DNA from: an uncultured Ruminococcus sp.
Lineage (GTDB): Bacteria > Bacillota > Clostridia > Oscillospirales > CAG-272
NCBI GenBank assembly: GCA_964430105.1
Contig: CAYSEF010000004.1
Coordinates: 6,091 to 70,090 of the forward strand
Length of the DNA: 64,000 nt
Direction of reading: 5' to 3'
A program made the position numbers and the translations under genes. Below are positions 26,287-36,720 of the stretch, piece by piece (positions within the stretch are counted from its first letter, which is position 1; each line of letters opens with the position of its first letter). The notes under the pieces were generated by a model. The model worked only from the letters and a program-made list of their open reading frames with translations. It searched no databases and was not told the origin of the DNA.

Positions 26287-26775
26287 TTTTTTGTTATAGA
26301 TTTCTTTTATCAGATCACGGCAAGCATCCGGAACAGCATCACCAAGTTCGCAGTTGTATTTCAGCAAGTCACGGACATAGGTAGAGCTTATTGCGGAAGT
26401 TTCGGGCGATGTAGGAAGAATTATCGTTTCAAGCTCGGGATCGAACCGCTTCATTATGAGTGCGATATGCGTTTCGTAATCAAAATCTGTAGCTGATCTT
26501 GCGCCACGGACGATAAATTTTGCACCAAGCTCGTGTGCAATATCTACAGTCAAACCGCCATAGAGAACTGCCGATACGTTGTCGCAGGGGAGAGCTTCGA
26601 TGGTTTTTTGTACGAATGTAAGTCGATCTGTCGGATGGAATGCTCCGTTAGCTTTTTCGGTATTTGCGACTATTACAACGTAAACCTTGTCAAAAATTTT
26701 TGCGGCTCGTGTTATGAGATCGGCATGACCTGATGTTATGGGGTCAAAGCTGCCTGTGATGATAGCGGTGCGCAT
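26284..26775 (-). CDS. coaD: Pantetheine-phosphate adenylyltransferase
   Basis: 163 aa with motifs MRTAIITGSFDPITSGHADLI and ISSTYVRD. Confidence 0.92.
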   Translation of the reverse strand: MRTAIITGSFDPITSGHADLITRAAKIFDKVYVVIVANTEKANGAFHPTDRLTFVQKTIEALPCDNVSAVLYGGLTVDIAHELGAKFIVRGARSATDFDYETHIALIMKRFDPELETIILPTSPETSAISSTYVRDLLKYNCELGDAVPDACRDLIKEIYNKK

Positions 26776-26777
26776 AG

Positions 26778-27413
26778 TTACTCTTCCTCAGATTTTGCAG
26801 GGGTGAGAAGCGTTATTCTTGTTCTGCCGTAGAGATTTGATTTTACAACTTCGTAACGCTTTGCAAGCTCCTCATCATCACCAAAAACGTCTTTCATTAC
26901 ATATTTGGAATTGATTTCGGGGTCTTTGCGTACTCTTGAAGCCTTTATCGGGATATCACAGTTGGTTTCACATACGATATAAGCACCTTTTGCGCAGAGA
27001 TTACCTTTGTCTATAAGCTTGAGCGCATTAGGAAGCATTTCTGTATTGTAAGGAGGATCCAAGAATATGATATCGAAGGTCTTGCGATTAGCTGCACCAC
27101 GAATAAATGTAGTATAATCTGTGGGGGTTACACGGCATTTTTCAAACAGGTGAGTCTTTTTTGCGTTTTCGATAATTATATTAACAGCGTCATGAGATTG
27201 ATCGATAATAGTAGCATGAGCTGCACCTCGTGAAAGAGCTTCAAGAGCAAGCTGACCGCTTCCACCGAACAGATCGAGTACGGTTCTTCCTTCGATATCG
27301 AACTGTATCATTGAAAACAGAGCTTCCTTAACGCGGTCTGAGGTGGGGCGTGTAACTTCCCCTTCGAGTGCGGCAAGAGTAGTTCCGCGTGCGGTTCCGG
27401 TTATGATTCTCAT
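26778..27413 (-). CDS. rsmD: 16S rRNA (guanine966-N2)-methyltransferase RsmD
   Basis: 211 aa with motifs MRIITGTARG, LDLFGGSGQLALEALSRGA and IFLDPPY. It lies directly upstream of coaD, as is widely conserved. Confidence 0.85.
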   Translation of the reverse strand: MRIITGTARGTTLAALEGEVTRPTSDRVKEALFSMIQFDIEGRTVLDLFGGSGQLALEALSRGAAHATIIDQSHDAVNIIIENAKKTHLFEKCRVTPTDYTTFIRGAANRKTFDIIFLDPPYNTEMLPNALKLIDKGNLCAKGAYIVCETNCDIPIKASRVRKDPEINSKYVMKDVFGDDEELAKRYEVVKSNLYGRTRITLLTPAKSEEE

Positions 27414-27476
27414 GTGTTTAGAATTCCTTTCGGGAAAATTTGGATTTAGACTGGTGCTGACAAAAAAAGTACAGCA

Positions 27477-29360
27477 TTATTTAGGCATATGCAAATGTCG
27501 CCAAACAGCCTCGGCATCTTTTTCACTTATGCCAACAACCTCACGAAGTTCTGCTTCGCTGGCGGCTTTTACTTTAGCAAATGATTTGAAGTGATCTGTA
27601 ATTGCTTTTGCTTTTGCGGGGCCTATGCCTTTTATATCTTCCAGAGAAGACTTTTTCAGCGTTTTTCTTTTTGCATTAGTCATTCGGCTGACTGTGTAAC
27701 GGTGAACTTCTTCCTGTATTCCGTATATCAGGCGGAAAACATCGGCCTGACGTGCGATATTCAATTCTCCGTCTTCGTCAGTCAATGTACGAGTTTTATG
27801 GTGTTCATCCTTGACCATTCCGAAGCAAGGTATATCGAAGCCTTTTTCGCGTAAAAGCTGTTTTATAACAGAAACATGACCCTTACCGCCATCAAGCAGG
27901 AGAAGATCCGGGTAGGCGTTCATTGAATCGTTCTCGCCCTTACCAATGTGATCAAGTCGGCGTGATATAGCTTCCGTCATCGCTGCATAGTCATCTTGAG
28001 TATCTTTCGATTTGATTTTGAAAGTACGATATTCACTCTTTTTCAGCTTACCATCGATTGCAACGACCATTCCCGCTGTTATATGCTCATCTCCAAGGTT
28101 AGAGATATCGTACGCTTCGATACGTTCCGGCAAAACTTCAAGACAAAGCAGGGAAGCCAGCGTTGCAAGAGTGCGTTCGTCATTTTTGTCACGCTTAGCC
28201 GAATTTTCAGAATGTATAGCAGCATCGGAAACTGCCATATCACAAAGATATTTTGACGCACCTTTTTTCGGTGTGCGAACAGTTACTTTATGTTCGGCAC
28301 GTTCGGTGAAGTAATCTGATAAAAGAAGTCTGTCGTGCTCGGGAATTTCAAAAGAAAGCAGTATTTCGCCCGGAATATATTCTCTCGATTGATATAAGGA
28401 CATCAAGAATGCCGAGAGGGTAGAATCGCCTTCGTCATCATCCGAATCTATTGTGATTTCGTCACCGCCGAAAAGAAAGTGTTCACTGTCTGCGATATAA
28501 CCGCTTCTGATATAGAAAACGGTAGCACAATCACGGAATTTAACCTCATCACCCTCGAAACCGGTCAAATGAAGACCGATAACATCACATTCTACATCGG
28601 GAGAGCCAACTGCTTTTTGTCTTTCACCAAGCTTACGCAGAGCTTCGATTCCATCTCGATATCTTGCGGCAGCTTCAAATTCAAGCTCATCAGAGGCACG
28701 AAGCATTTTTTCCGTAAGATCATGAATAACGTCACGGGTACCGCCGCGCAAAATTTCGGCAGCTCTTTCTATTGCGTCACGATATTCGGCAGGATCGACT
28801 TCGCCCGTGCAAACGCCCATACAACGTCCGATTTGATAATATACGCAAGGGCGATCCTTACCAATATCATCAGGGAAAGTTTTTTTGCACGTTGGAATTT
28901 TCAAAGTTCTTTCAAGCTGGGCTATCGCACCGTAAACCGTAGAGGTTGACGAGTATGGCCCAAAGTAAAGCGAACCGTCAGGAAGTCGTTTGCGTGTCAT
29001 AGTAATACGAGGCCAAGGTGATTTTACATTTATTCGAATATAAGGGTACGATTTTGCATCCTTTAGACGAATATTATACTTTGGAGTGTATTGCTTGATA
29101 AGACTGTTTTCGAGCGCAAGAGCCTCCATTTCGGTGTCGCAGGTGATAAAGCGAAAATCATGTACAGACGCAGCCATTTTTGTGGTTTTAGGGTCATGTG
29201 CGCCATGAAAATATTGTGAAACACGATCTCTGAGCGAACGTGATTTACCAACATAAATGACTTTACCGCTTTCATTTTGCATGATATATACGCCCGGAGT
29301 TCTCGGAAGTGCGGCAGATTTCTCACGCAAATGCTCTATATTTTTTGATATTTCTGGCAT
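27477..29360 (-). CDS. uvrC: Excinuclease ABC subunit C
   Basis: 627 aa with an N-terminal GIY-YIG domain (PGVYIMQNESGKVIYVGKSRSLRDRVSQY), a UVR domain, an endonuclease V-like domain, and a C-terminal HhH2. Confidence 0.95.
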   Translation of the reverse strand: MPEISKNIEHLREKSAALPRTPGVYIMQNESGKVIYVGKSRSLRDRVSQYFHGAHDPKTTKMAASVHDFRFITCDTEMEALALENSLIKQYTPKYNIRLKDAKSYPYIRINVKSPWPRITMTRKRLPDGSLYFGPYSSTSTVYGAIAQLERTLKIPTCKKTFPDDIGKDRPCVYYQIGRCMGVCTGEVDPAEYRDAIERAAEILRGGTRDVIHDLTEKMLRASDELEFEAAARYRDGIEALRKLGERQKAVGSPDVECDVIGLHLTGFEGDEVKFRDCATVFYIRSGYIADSEHFLFGGDEITIDSDDDEGDSTLSAFLMSLYQSREYIPGEILLSFEIPEHDRLLLSDYFTERAEHKVTVRTPKKGASKYLCDMAVSDAAIHSENSAKRDKNDERTLATLASLLCLEVLPERIEAYDISNLGDEHITAGMVVAIDGKLKKSEYRTFKIKSKDTQDDYAAMTEAISRRLDHIGKGENDSMNAYPDLLLLDGGKGHVSVIKQLLREKGFDIPCFGMVKDEHHKTRTLTDEDGELNIARQADVFRLIYGIQEEVHRYTVSRMTNAKRKTLKKSSLEDIKGIGPAKAKAITDHFKSFAKVKAASEAELREVVGISEKDAEAVWRHLHMPK

Positions 29361-29470
29361 AGGTACGAATGGTTTTGAAAAAATGGAATATACGTTGATT
29401 TCTTATAAACAAACGAGCGAGGGTGTTTGGTCACCTTCGCTCGGGTCGTTTTGGTATGTTTGTCGATTAC

Positions 29471-29734
29471 TTATTCAGCAAATCCTGTGTCGATGAGGGA
29501 AACAAGACCGTCAAGTGCATCGGCTTCATCAGCACCATCTGCAATGAGAGTAATTGTCATGCCCTTAACAATGCCAAGAGAAAGCACACCGAGAAGGCTC
29601 TTTGCGTTAACTCTGCGGTCGTCCTTTTCTACCCAAATGGAGCTCTTATAGGAGTTTGCCTTCTGGATAAAGAATGTAGCCGGTCTAGCATGGAGACCTA
29701 CATTATTTTTAATTGTAACATCACGTGAAATCAT
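29471..29734 (-). CDS. ptsH: Phosphocarrier protein HPr
   Basis: 87 aa from the ATG at 29734 (GGGAG RBS). It has the His-15 motif GLHARPA and the Ser-46 motif NAKSLLGVLSLG. The longer ORF-track start is upstream of the RBS. Confidence 0.9.
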   Translation of the reverse strand: MISRDVTIKNNVGLHARPATFFIQKANSYKSSIWVEKDDRRVNAKSLLGVLSLGIVKGMTITLIADGADEADALDGLVSLIDTGFAE

Positions 29735-29879
29735 ATCATACGCTCCCAAATTTGAAATATATAAAATATCTTGTAAACTGAGGCAGATTTCCACGCGTAC
29801 GGTACGGAGAGTCTCCAAATGTATCGCCACGGAAATCACTTTTCTTCCAAAAAATGACTACACCTCTGTATTTACCAAT

Positions 29880-29908
29880 ATTATAACAAAATTCTACGGT
29901 TAAATCAA
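29880..29908 (-). promoter_or_regulatory. Sigma-A type promoter for ptsH, predicting a 5' UTR of about 138 nt
   Basis: On the minus strand: TTGATT, 17-nt spacer, TATAAT, with TGT upstream (extended -10). Confidence 0.5.
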
Positions 29909-30003
29909 TAGCTTTTGTGTATTTTTTGACCGGCAAAATGCACAACAAATCACTCTAAAATAACACTAAGATTGATGAAAATGCAGATATGCCGTCGTAG
30001 ATA

Positions 30004-33000
30004 TTAAAGTTTGTTTACCGTAATGGTAACATTTTCACCGTTTATATCCCAATCCTTGGTATATCCTTCTGCTGCTTCAAAGGTAAGCACATCACAGAGA
30101 ACTGTAGCCTTAAATTCATCGGAATTTTCGGAGAGAATGGAGGTGAGCTTTTCACTGCCTGTCATAGAAACAGAAATATGGTCAGTTACGACAAAATCAG
30201 CTTCTTTACGCATAGTTTGAACCTTGGAAATCAATTCACGGACAAAGCCCTCGCAAATGAGTTCTTCGGTAAGGTTGGTATCGAGTGCAGCTGCGATTCC
30301 GTTGTCTGCGATGGAGAAATAGCCTTCCTTCTGCTTTACTTCGATAAGAAGATCGCCTTCTGCGAGATCAACGGGAGAGCCATCGAAATCAAAATGGAGC
30401 ACACCGTTAGATTTCAGCTCTTCCATAGCCTTGTTTCCGTCGAATGCATCGTTCTGGAGAGTAGAACGAATCTGACCGAGGAGTTTGCCATACTTAGGGC
30501 CGACAGTCTTGAGGTTTGGCTTGAATGAATAGGAAGAAAGTGCAGACATATCGTCAACGAACTTAACAGCCTTAACATTCAGCTCATCACGAATGATATC
30601 GGAATAGAACGAATCAAGCACATTTTCGCACTTAACATAAAGAGCGTTCAAAGGCTGACGGTTCTTGATGTTTGCACCGTTTCTGGCAGCACGACCAAGA
30701 ACAACGATGTCAACAACAGTCTTCATGTTTGCTTCAAGTTCCTTGTCAATCATTGTGGAATCAACTTCGGGGAAGGAGCAAAGATGAACTGATATAGGTG
30801 CGTTTTTATCAACAGAGCAAACGAGATTTCTGTAAATATCATCAGCCATGAACGGGATCATCGGAGCGGCTGTTTTTGAGATAGTTACAAGTGCAGTGTA
30901 AAGGGTCATATATGCTGCAATCTTGTCGTCAGTCAATTCAGTACCCCAATAACGCTCACGGCAACGACGAACGTACCAGTTGGAAAGCTCGTCTACACAT
31001 TCGTAAAGAGCCTTTGCAGCTTCCGGAATGTGGTAATTTGCAAGGTGATTGTCAACAGCACCGACAGTAGTATTCAGTACGGAAAGGATGTACTTATCCA
31101 TAACTGAAAGCGCACAATCCTTAAGGTTGTACTTTGTAGGATCGAACTCATCGATATCAGCGTAAAGAACGTAGAACGCATAGGTATTCCAAAGAGTACC
31201 GAGGAATTTACGCTGACCTTCCTGAACTGCCTTGCCACTGAATCTTGAAGGGAGCCACGGTGCACTTCCGGTGTAGAAATACCAACGAATAGCATCTGCA
31301 CCATAGGTTTCGAGTGCATCAAACGGATCGACTGCATTACCCTTGGATTTAGACATTTTCTGACCGTTTTCATCCTGAACGTGACCGAGAACTATTACAT
31401 TCTTATACGGTGCGCAGTCAAAGAGAAGGGTGGAAATAGCCATAAGAGAGTAGAACCAACCACGAGTCTGGTCAACTGCTTCGGAAATGAAGTCTGCGGG
31501 GAACTGAGCCTTAAACAGGTCTTCATTTTCAAAAGGATAATGGTGCTGTGCGAATGGCATAGAGCCGGAGTCGAACCAGCAGTCGATAACTTCGGGAACA
31601 CGGTGCATTTCGCCACCACATTCGGGACACTTGAGTGTTACAGCATCGATATAAGGACGGTGAAGTTCAATATCGTCAGGGCAGTTAGAGGACATTTCCT
31701 TCAGTTCGGCGATAGAACCGATAGAATGGCGGTGACCACATTCGCATTCCCAAATATTGAGAGGAGTACCCCAATAACGGTTACGGGAGATAGCCCAGTC
31801 CTGAACATTTTCAAGCCAGTCACCAAAGCGTCCCTTACCAATAGATTCGGGGATCCAGTTAACGGTATTATTGTTTCTGATGAGGTTTTCACGAACATCA
31901 GTCATCTTGATATACCATGATTCACGCGCATAGTAAATCAGAGGAGTGTCACATCTCCAGCAATGCGGATATTCATGCTCAAACTTAGGTGCTTCAAAGA
32001 GCTTGTCTTCCTTTTCGAGGTCAGCAAGTACCAACGGATCGGCTTTTTTTACAAAAATTCCCGCATAAGGAGTTTCCTTTGTGAGATTACCGGAGCCATC
32101 AACGAACTGAACGAACGGAAGATCGTATTTTCTGCCAACCTTAGCGTCATCTTCACCGAATGCAGGTGCGATATGAACGATACCGGTACCATCGCTCATG
32201 GTAACATAACGGTCGCAGGTTACGAAATGAGCTTTTTTCTTCTGCTTTTCAGCTGCTTCACCTGCACAGGCAAAGAGCGGTACATATTCCTTGTATTCGA
32301 GCTCAGAACCCTTGTATTCTTCGAGAATTTCGTAAGCAGGGGTGTCTTCGGTTTTAAGCTTTCCGAGAACTGTGTCAAGAAGAGCTTTAGCCATATAGTA
32401 TGTCTTGCCATCATTAGCGGCAACCTTGCAGTAGATTTCATCGGGATTTACGCAAAGTGCGAGGTTGGAGGGCAGAGTCCACGGAGTTGTAGTCCATGCA
32501 AGGAAGTATGCATCTTCGTCAACGCATTTGAAACGCACGATAGCAGAGCGTTCCTTGACAGTCTTATAACCCTGAGCAACTTCCTGAGCTGACAGAGGAG
32601 TACCACAACGAGGGCAATATGGAACAATCTTAAAGCCCTTGTAGAGCAGTCCCTTATCCCAAATCTGCTTGAGCGCCCACCATTCGGATTCAATAAAGTT
32701 ATTGTCATAGGTTACATAAGGGTCGTCCATGTCAGCCCAGAAGCCAACAGTGCCGGAGAAATCCTCCCACATTCCCTTATATTTCCAAACAGATTCCTTG
32801 CACTGGTTGATAAACGGTTCAAGACCGTATTCTTCGATCTGCTCCTTACCGTCGAGGCCGAGCTTCTTTTCAACTTCGATCTCAACCGGAAGTCCATGTG
32901 TATCCCAGCCGGCTTTACGCGGAACATCGCATCCCTTCATCCAATGGTAACGTGGGATCATATCCTTGATAACTCTTGTGAGAACATGACCGATGTGAGG

Positions 33001-33159
33001 CTTACCGTTAGCAGTCGGTGGGCCATCATAGAATGTGTATCCGGGTTTATCCGCGTTTTGAGCAAGCTGCTTTCTGAAAATCTCATTTTCATTCCAGAAT
33101 TTGAGCGTTTCACGTTCGCGGTCTACAAAATTCAAGTTGGTATTGACCTTGTTGTACAT
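30004..33159 (-). CDS. ileS: Isoleucine--tRNA ligase, type 2 (eukaryote-like) form
   Basis: 1051 aa with the HIGH region PPTANGKPHIGH and the KMSKS motif KMSKSKGN. The long C-terminal extension lacks the type-1 zinc-finger tail. A GGAGGA RBS is present. Confidence 0.95.
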   Translation of the reverse strand: MYNKVNTNLNFVDRERETLKFWNENEIFRKQLAQNADKPGYTFYDGPPTANGKPHIGHVLTRVIKDMIPRYHWMKGCDVPRKAGWDTHGLPVEIEVEKKLGLDGKEQIEEYGLEPFINQCKESVWKYKGMWEDFSGTVGFWADMDDPYVTYDNNFIESEWWALKQIWDKGLLYKGFKIVPYCPRCGTPLSAQEVAQGYKTVKERSAIVRFKCVDEDAYFLAWTTTPWTLPSNLALCVNPDEIYCKVAANDGKTYYMAKALLDTVLGKLKTEDTPAYEILEEYKGSELEYKEYVPLFACAGEAAEKQKKKAHFVTCDRYVTMSDGTGIVHIAPAFGEDDAKVGRKYDLPFVQFVDGSGNLTKETPYAGIFVKKADPLVLADLEKEDKLFEAPKFEHEYPHCWRCDTPLIYYARESWYIKMTDVRENLIRNNNTVNWIPESIGKGRFGDWLENVQDWAISRNRYWGTPLNIWECECGHRHSIGSIAELKEMSSNCPDDIELHRPYIDAVTLKCPECGGEMHRVPEVIDCWFDSGSMPFAQHHYPFENEDLFKAQFPADFISEAVDQTRGWFYSLMAISTLLFDCAPYKNVIVLGHVQDENGQKMSKSKGNAVDPFDALETYGADAIRWYFYTGSAPWLPSRFSGKAVQEGQRKFLGTLWNTYAFYVLYADIDEFDPTKYNLKDCALSVMDKYILSVLNTTVGAVDNHLANYHIPEAAKALYECVDELSNWYVRRCRERYWGTELTDDKIAAYMTLYTALVTISKTAAPMIPFMADDIYRNLVCSVDKNAPISVHLCSFPEVDSTMIDKELEANMKTVVDIVVLGRAARNGANIKNRQPLNALYVKCENVLDSFYSDIIRDELNVKAVKFVDDMSALSSYSFKPNLKTVGPKYGKLLGQIRSTLQNDAFDGNKAMEELKSNGVLHFDFDGSPVDLAEGDLLIEVKQKEGYFSIADNGIAAALDTNLTEELICEGFVRELISKVQTMRKEADFVVTDHISVSMTGSEKLTSILSENSDEFKATVLCDVLTFEAAEGYTKDWDINGENVTITVNKL

Positions 33160-33262
33160 GAATTCCTCCGTGTGATTTTTATAATGATATTGTATTACTT
33201 ATTAGTTGAATCGGTGCGGTGTTGAAATTTAGATAATCACTTCAAATAATTTTCCCAATAAC

Positions 33263-33520
33263 AAAAAAATCCCGGATAGTCCGGGAAAATTTCGACAAAA
33301 AATTGACAAAATTTGTTTATACCACTCGCACCTACGATACGTTTTCTCTATAACGGGAGAAACTCCGGCAGAAGCTAAAGATCAATAATGATCCGATCAC
33401 CCTGCGGCTCGGGAGTGATTTTCGAGTGCTGTATAGTATCGGCATTACACCAACCGCCGACTCTCTGAGACTATACTGAGGTTTTCCTCACACCTACTCT
33501 TTCCGTCATCGCCTTTGAAT
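33263..33520 (-). promoter_or_regulatory. T-box leader (Ile specifier) controlling ileS
   Basis: On the minus strand: a stem I platform (CAGAGAGTCGGCGGTTGGTGTAATGCCG), the specifier context GAAA-AUC-A, a T-box-like GCGAGUGGUAU with a UGGU bulge (pairs with ACCA), and the terminator cccggacuauccggg followed by U7. Confidence 0.78.
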
Positions 33521-33537
33521 ATTTTCATACATATTGT

Positions 33538-33566
33538 ATTATATATGAGAAATCACTAATTGTCAA
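33538..33566 (-). promoter_or_regulatory. Consensus sigma-A promoter for the T-box/ileS transcript
   Basis: On the minus strand: TTGACA, 17-nt spacer, TATAAT. Confidence 0.65.
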
Positions 33567-33651
33567 TGGGGAATATGACAAAAACCATTGATTTCTTTTG
33601 TTTGTTATGTTAACATTATTACATAAATGCCGAGTGCAATTTTACTCCCAC

Positions 33652-33680
33652 TTGATTTGTTCATTTTGGTGAGGTATAAT
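33652..33680 (+). promoter_or_regulatory. Sigma-A type promoter for the HAD-PHP-deoC-deoD-CARF operon
   Basis: TTGATT, 17-nt spacer, TATAAT. Confidence 0.6.
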
Positions 33681-33732
33681 ATAATTGTAGAATCTTTGAA
33701 ATTGTAAGCAATGTCTGAAAGGAGAGCTCGTT

Positions 33733-34404
33733 ATGTGCAAAATCGTCGATAGCGTTATATTTGATCTTGACGGAACCTTGTGGGATGCTACCACTGTTAC
33801 TGCTGAAACATGGGTCGAAATATTGCACCGTCACCGGAATATTACACCTGCACATTCGCTTGATCCTGAAAGCATAAAAAAATATATGGGTCTGACAAAT
33901 GAAGAATTGGCTGAAATATTCTTTCCGACATTGCCGTTTGATGAAGCATTTTCCTTGATGCAGGAGAGCTGTGAGCTTGAAAACCTTTGGCTTCCTAAGC
34001 ATGGAGGTGTGCTTTATCCAAATGTGGAAAAAACGCTTGATAGACTCTATTCTGAAAATATTCGTATGTTTATTGTGAGTAATTGTCAAGACGGGTATAT
34101 TGAGTCGTTTCTTGAAGCACATAAAATGTATACTCGAATAGAGGATTGGGAATGCTCGGGACGCAGTGGTAAAGCAAAATCTGCAAATATCGCTGATATC
34201 ATAAAACGAAATTCGCTTGATTTTCCAATATATGTCGGTGATACCGTTAGTGATTCTGTTGGCGCAAGAGGTGCCGGAATTCCGTTTGTGTATTGTAAAT
34301 ATGGCTTTGGCGAGAATTACGGCAGAGGAAAAACCGACGATTACGATATGGCGATCGACGATATATCAGAGCTTTCTGAATTGATCAATACAGAACATAA
34401 ATAA
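33733..34404 (+). CDS. HAD-IA family hydrolase (phosphatase; substrate unknown)
   Basis: 223 aa with motif I FDLDGTLWD, motif II VSNC, and motif IV VGDTVSD. An AAAGGAG RBS is present. Confidence 0.8.
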   Translation: MCKIVDSVIFDLDGTLWDATTVTAETWVEILHRHRNITPAHSLDPESIKKYMGLTNEELAEIFFPTLPFDEAFSLMQESCELENLWLPKHGGVLYPNVEKTLDRLYSENIRMFIVSNCQDGYIESFLEAHKMYTRIEDWECSGRSGKAKSANIADIIKRNSLDFPIYVGDTVSDSVGARGAGIPFVYCKYGFGENYGRGKTDDYDMAIDDISELSELINTEHK

Positions 34405-34413
34405 AGGTAAAAA

Positions 34414-35229
34414 ATGCAGAAATCTAATTTTCATACACATACTGTATACTCCGACGGCGATGATACCGTTCGTGAGATGATAGAAACAGCGATAAATAAA
34501 GGCTTTAATGCGATTGGCTTTTCTGACCACAGCTTTGCAAAATCTGAGCTTGATTATTGCATGAAAGCAGAGGAGCAGCGGAAAAATTACGATGAAATCC
34601 AAAAGCTTTCCGAAGAATATCGTGAAAAAATAGCTGTGTATGCCGGCGTTGAGCTTGATGGAGAGTCAGAACGTCCGGAATACCTTGATTTTGAGTATGA
34701 TTTTATAATTTCATCGGTGCATGAAATAGTACGTCATGGTGTCAGTATGCCGATAGATGCAAGTGCAGAGTTGCAAATTAAGCTTGTAAATGAGCTGTTC
34801 AGTGGTGACTGGGAAGAATTTGCAAAGGTGTATTATCACGCTTTGGTAAATCATGTAAACAGAAATAAGACCGATATCGTCGGGCATTTTGACCTTATCA
34901 CAAAATACAGCTTGATGAACGAAAATGAAAGATATATCAAATATGCTATTGAAGCCGTACATGAGATATCAAAAACCTGCCGTACTTTTGAATTGAATAC
35001 AGGTGCTATGGCGAGAGGGTACAGAACTTCTCCGTATCCGGCAGGATTTATTATTGACGAAATCAAATCATGCGGTGGCAGGATGATAATTACCTCTGAT
35101 TGTCACTGTAGAGAAAAGCTTGACTGTTGGTTTGATGAAGCTGAAAAACTGCTGTCAACACACGGATTCACAAAAATCGAACACGCAGTTCTAAACGAAA
35201 AAATACGAAATATAGAAATATGGCAATAA
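34414..35229 (+). CDS. PHP-domain phosphoesterase (histidinol-phosphatase HisJ family-like)
   Basis: 271 aa with motifs FHTHTVYSDG, GFSDHS, SVHE and GHFD. Confidence 0.8.
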   Translation: MQKSNFHTHTVYSDGDDTVREMIETAINKGFNAIGFSDHSFAKSELDYCMKAEEQRKNYDEIQKLSEEYREKIAVYAGVELDGESERPEYLDFEYDFIISSVHEIVRHGVSMPIDASAELQIKLVNELFSGDWEEFAKVYYHALVNHVNRNKTDIVGHFDLITKYSLMNENERYIKYAIEAVHEISKTCRTFELNTGAMARGYRTSPYPAGFIIDEIKSCGGRMIITSDCHCREKLDCWFDEAEKLLSTHGFTKIEHAVLNEKIRNIEIWQ

Positions 35230-35244
35230 TTATTGAGGTAAAAT

Positions 35245-35922
35245 ATGGAAATTAAAGATATATTGGCTAAAGTAGATCATACATTGCTGTCAGTTGATGC
35301 TACATGGGAGCAGATAAGGGCAGTTCTTGAGGATGCAATTTTTCTGAGATGTGCTTCTGCTTGTATTCCACCGTCATTTGTGCATAAATCAGCTGATTAT
35401 GTTGAAGGAATGGTAAAAATATGCACAGTTATAGGCTTTCCGAATGGCTATAACACCACAAGAGCGAAGGTTTATGAGGCTGTCGAGGCAGTAACAGACG
35501 GTGCTGATGAGATCGACATGGTGATAAATATCGGATGGCTTAAATCCGAAAGATACGACGATATTCTGACTGAAATCAAAGCGATAAAAAAAGCTATAAC
35601 TGAGGTTAATCCAAAGGCTGTATTGAAGGTAATTGTTGAAACGTGCCTTTTAACTGACGCTGAAAAGATAAAAATGTGTGATATCGTTTCGGAATCCGGA
35701 GCGGAATATATCAAAACCTCTACAGGCTTTTCAACAGCAGGTGCAACCGTTCACGATATCGAGCTGATGGCAAAGCACGTTAAAAACGGAGTAAAGATAA
35801 AGGCTGCCGGTGGAATATCATCACTTGAGGATGCACAAAAATTTATCGAGCTTGGCGCTGACAGACTCGGATGTAGCCGTATAGTAAAAATAGTCAAGGA
35901 GCAAGCTGAAACAATTAAATAA
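35245..35922 (+). CDS. deoC: Deoxyribose-phosphate aldolase
   Basis: 225 aa with DHTLL, the Schiff-base lysine context YIKTSTGFS, and KAAGGI. Confidence 0.92.
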   Translation: MEIKDILAKVDHTLLSVDATWEQIRAVLEDAIFLRCASACIPPSFVHKSADYVEGMVKICTVIGFPNGYNTTRAKVYEAVEAVTDGADEIDMVINIGWLKSERYDDILTEIKAIKKAITEVNPKAVLKVIVETCLLTDAEKIKMCDIVSESGAEYIKTSTGFSTAGATVHDIELMAKHVKNGVKIKAAGGISSLEDAQKFIELGADRLGCSRIVKIVKEQAETIK

Positions 35923-35942
35923 ACTGAACCGGAGGAGATAAT

Positions 35943-36662
35943 ATGCCAACACCACACAACAGCGCAAATATAGGTGATATTGCGAAAACTGTACTAATGC
36001 CCGGGGATCCGCTGAGAGCAAAATTTGTTGCGGAGAATTTCCTCACAAATGCAAAGCTTGTCAATAATGTGCGTGGAATCGGTGGATATACGGGAGAATA
36101 CAAGGGACATTTGGTTTCTGTAATGGCAAGTGGAATGGGTATTCCGTCTATGGGAATATACTCCTATGAGCTGTATAATTTCTATAAAGTTGATAATATC
36201 ATACGAATTGGTTCTGCAGGTGCGATACAGCCACATATCCATGTCAGAGATATAGTTTTTGGTATGGGTGCTTGTACAAATTCAAATTATGCGTCACAAT
36301 ACGGACTTCATGGTACTTATTCAGCTATAGCCTCGTATAAGCTTCTTTCTGCCGGCGTTTCAGCAGCGGAAAAAATAGGTGCGAATTATCATGTAGGCAA
36401 TCTTCTTTCGTCAGACACCTTCTACAATGACGATGCAAATGAAGCAAATTCCGCATGGCAGAAAATGGGTGTAATGGCGATAGAAATGGAAGCGGCGGGA
36501 CTCTATATGAATGCGGCAAGAGCAGGGAAAAACGCACTTGCTATATGTACTATATCCGACCATATTTTAACAGGTGAAGAAACATCGGCAGAGGAAAGAC
36601 AGACTACATTTACGACAATGATGGAAGTAGCGCTTGAAACAGCAGCGACGATGGATGAATAA
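35943..36662 (+). CDS. deoD: Purine-nucleoside phosphorylase, DeoD type
   Basis: 239 aa with motifs MPTPHNSA, LMPGDPLRAKF, GMGIPSMGIYSYEL and MEAAGLY. Confidence 0.92.
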   Translation: MPTPHNSANIGDIAKTVLMPGDPLRAKFVAENFLTNAKLVNNVRGIGGYTGEYKGHLVSVMASGMGIPSMGIYSYELYNFYKVDNIIRIGSAGAIQPHIHVRDIVFGMGACTNSNYASQYGLHGTYSAIASYKLLSAGVSAAEKIGANYHVGNLLSSDTFYNDDANEANSAWQKMGVMAIEMEAAGLYMNAARAGKNALAICTISDHILTGEETSAEERQTTFTTMMEVALETAATMDE

Positions 36663-36720
36663 GATTCATTTGCAAATTTCAGCATATCCTACGAAATAAA
36701 ATCTCCCATAGGAGGTAACG

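Noticed and set aside
33661-34122. A 153-aa minus-strand ORF.
   Set aside because: It is antisense to the HAD hydrolase gene and overlaps that gene's promoter.
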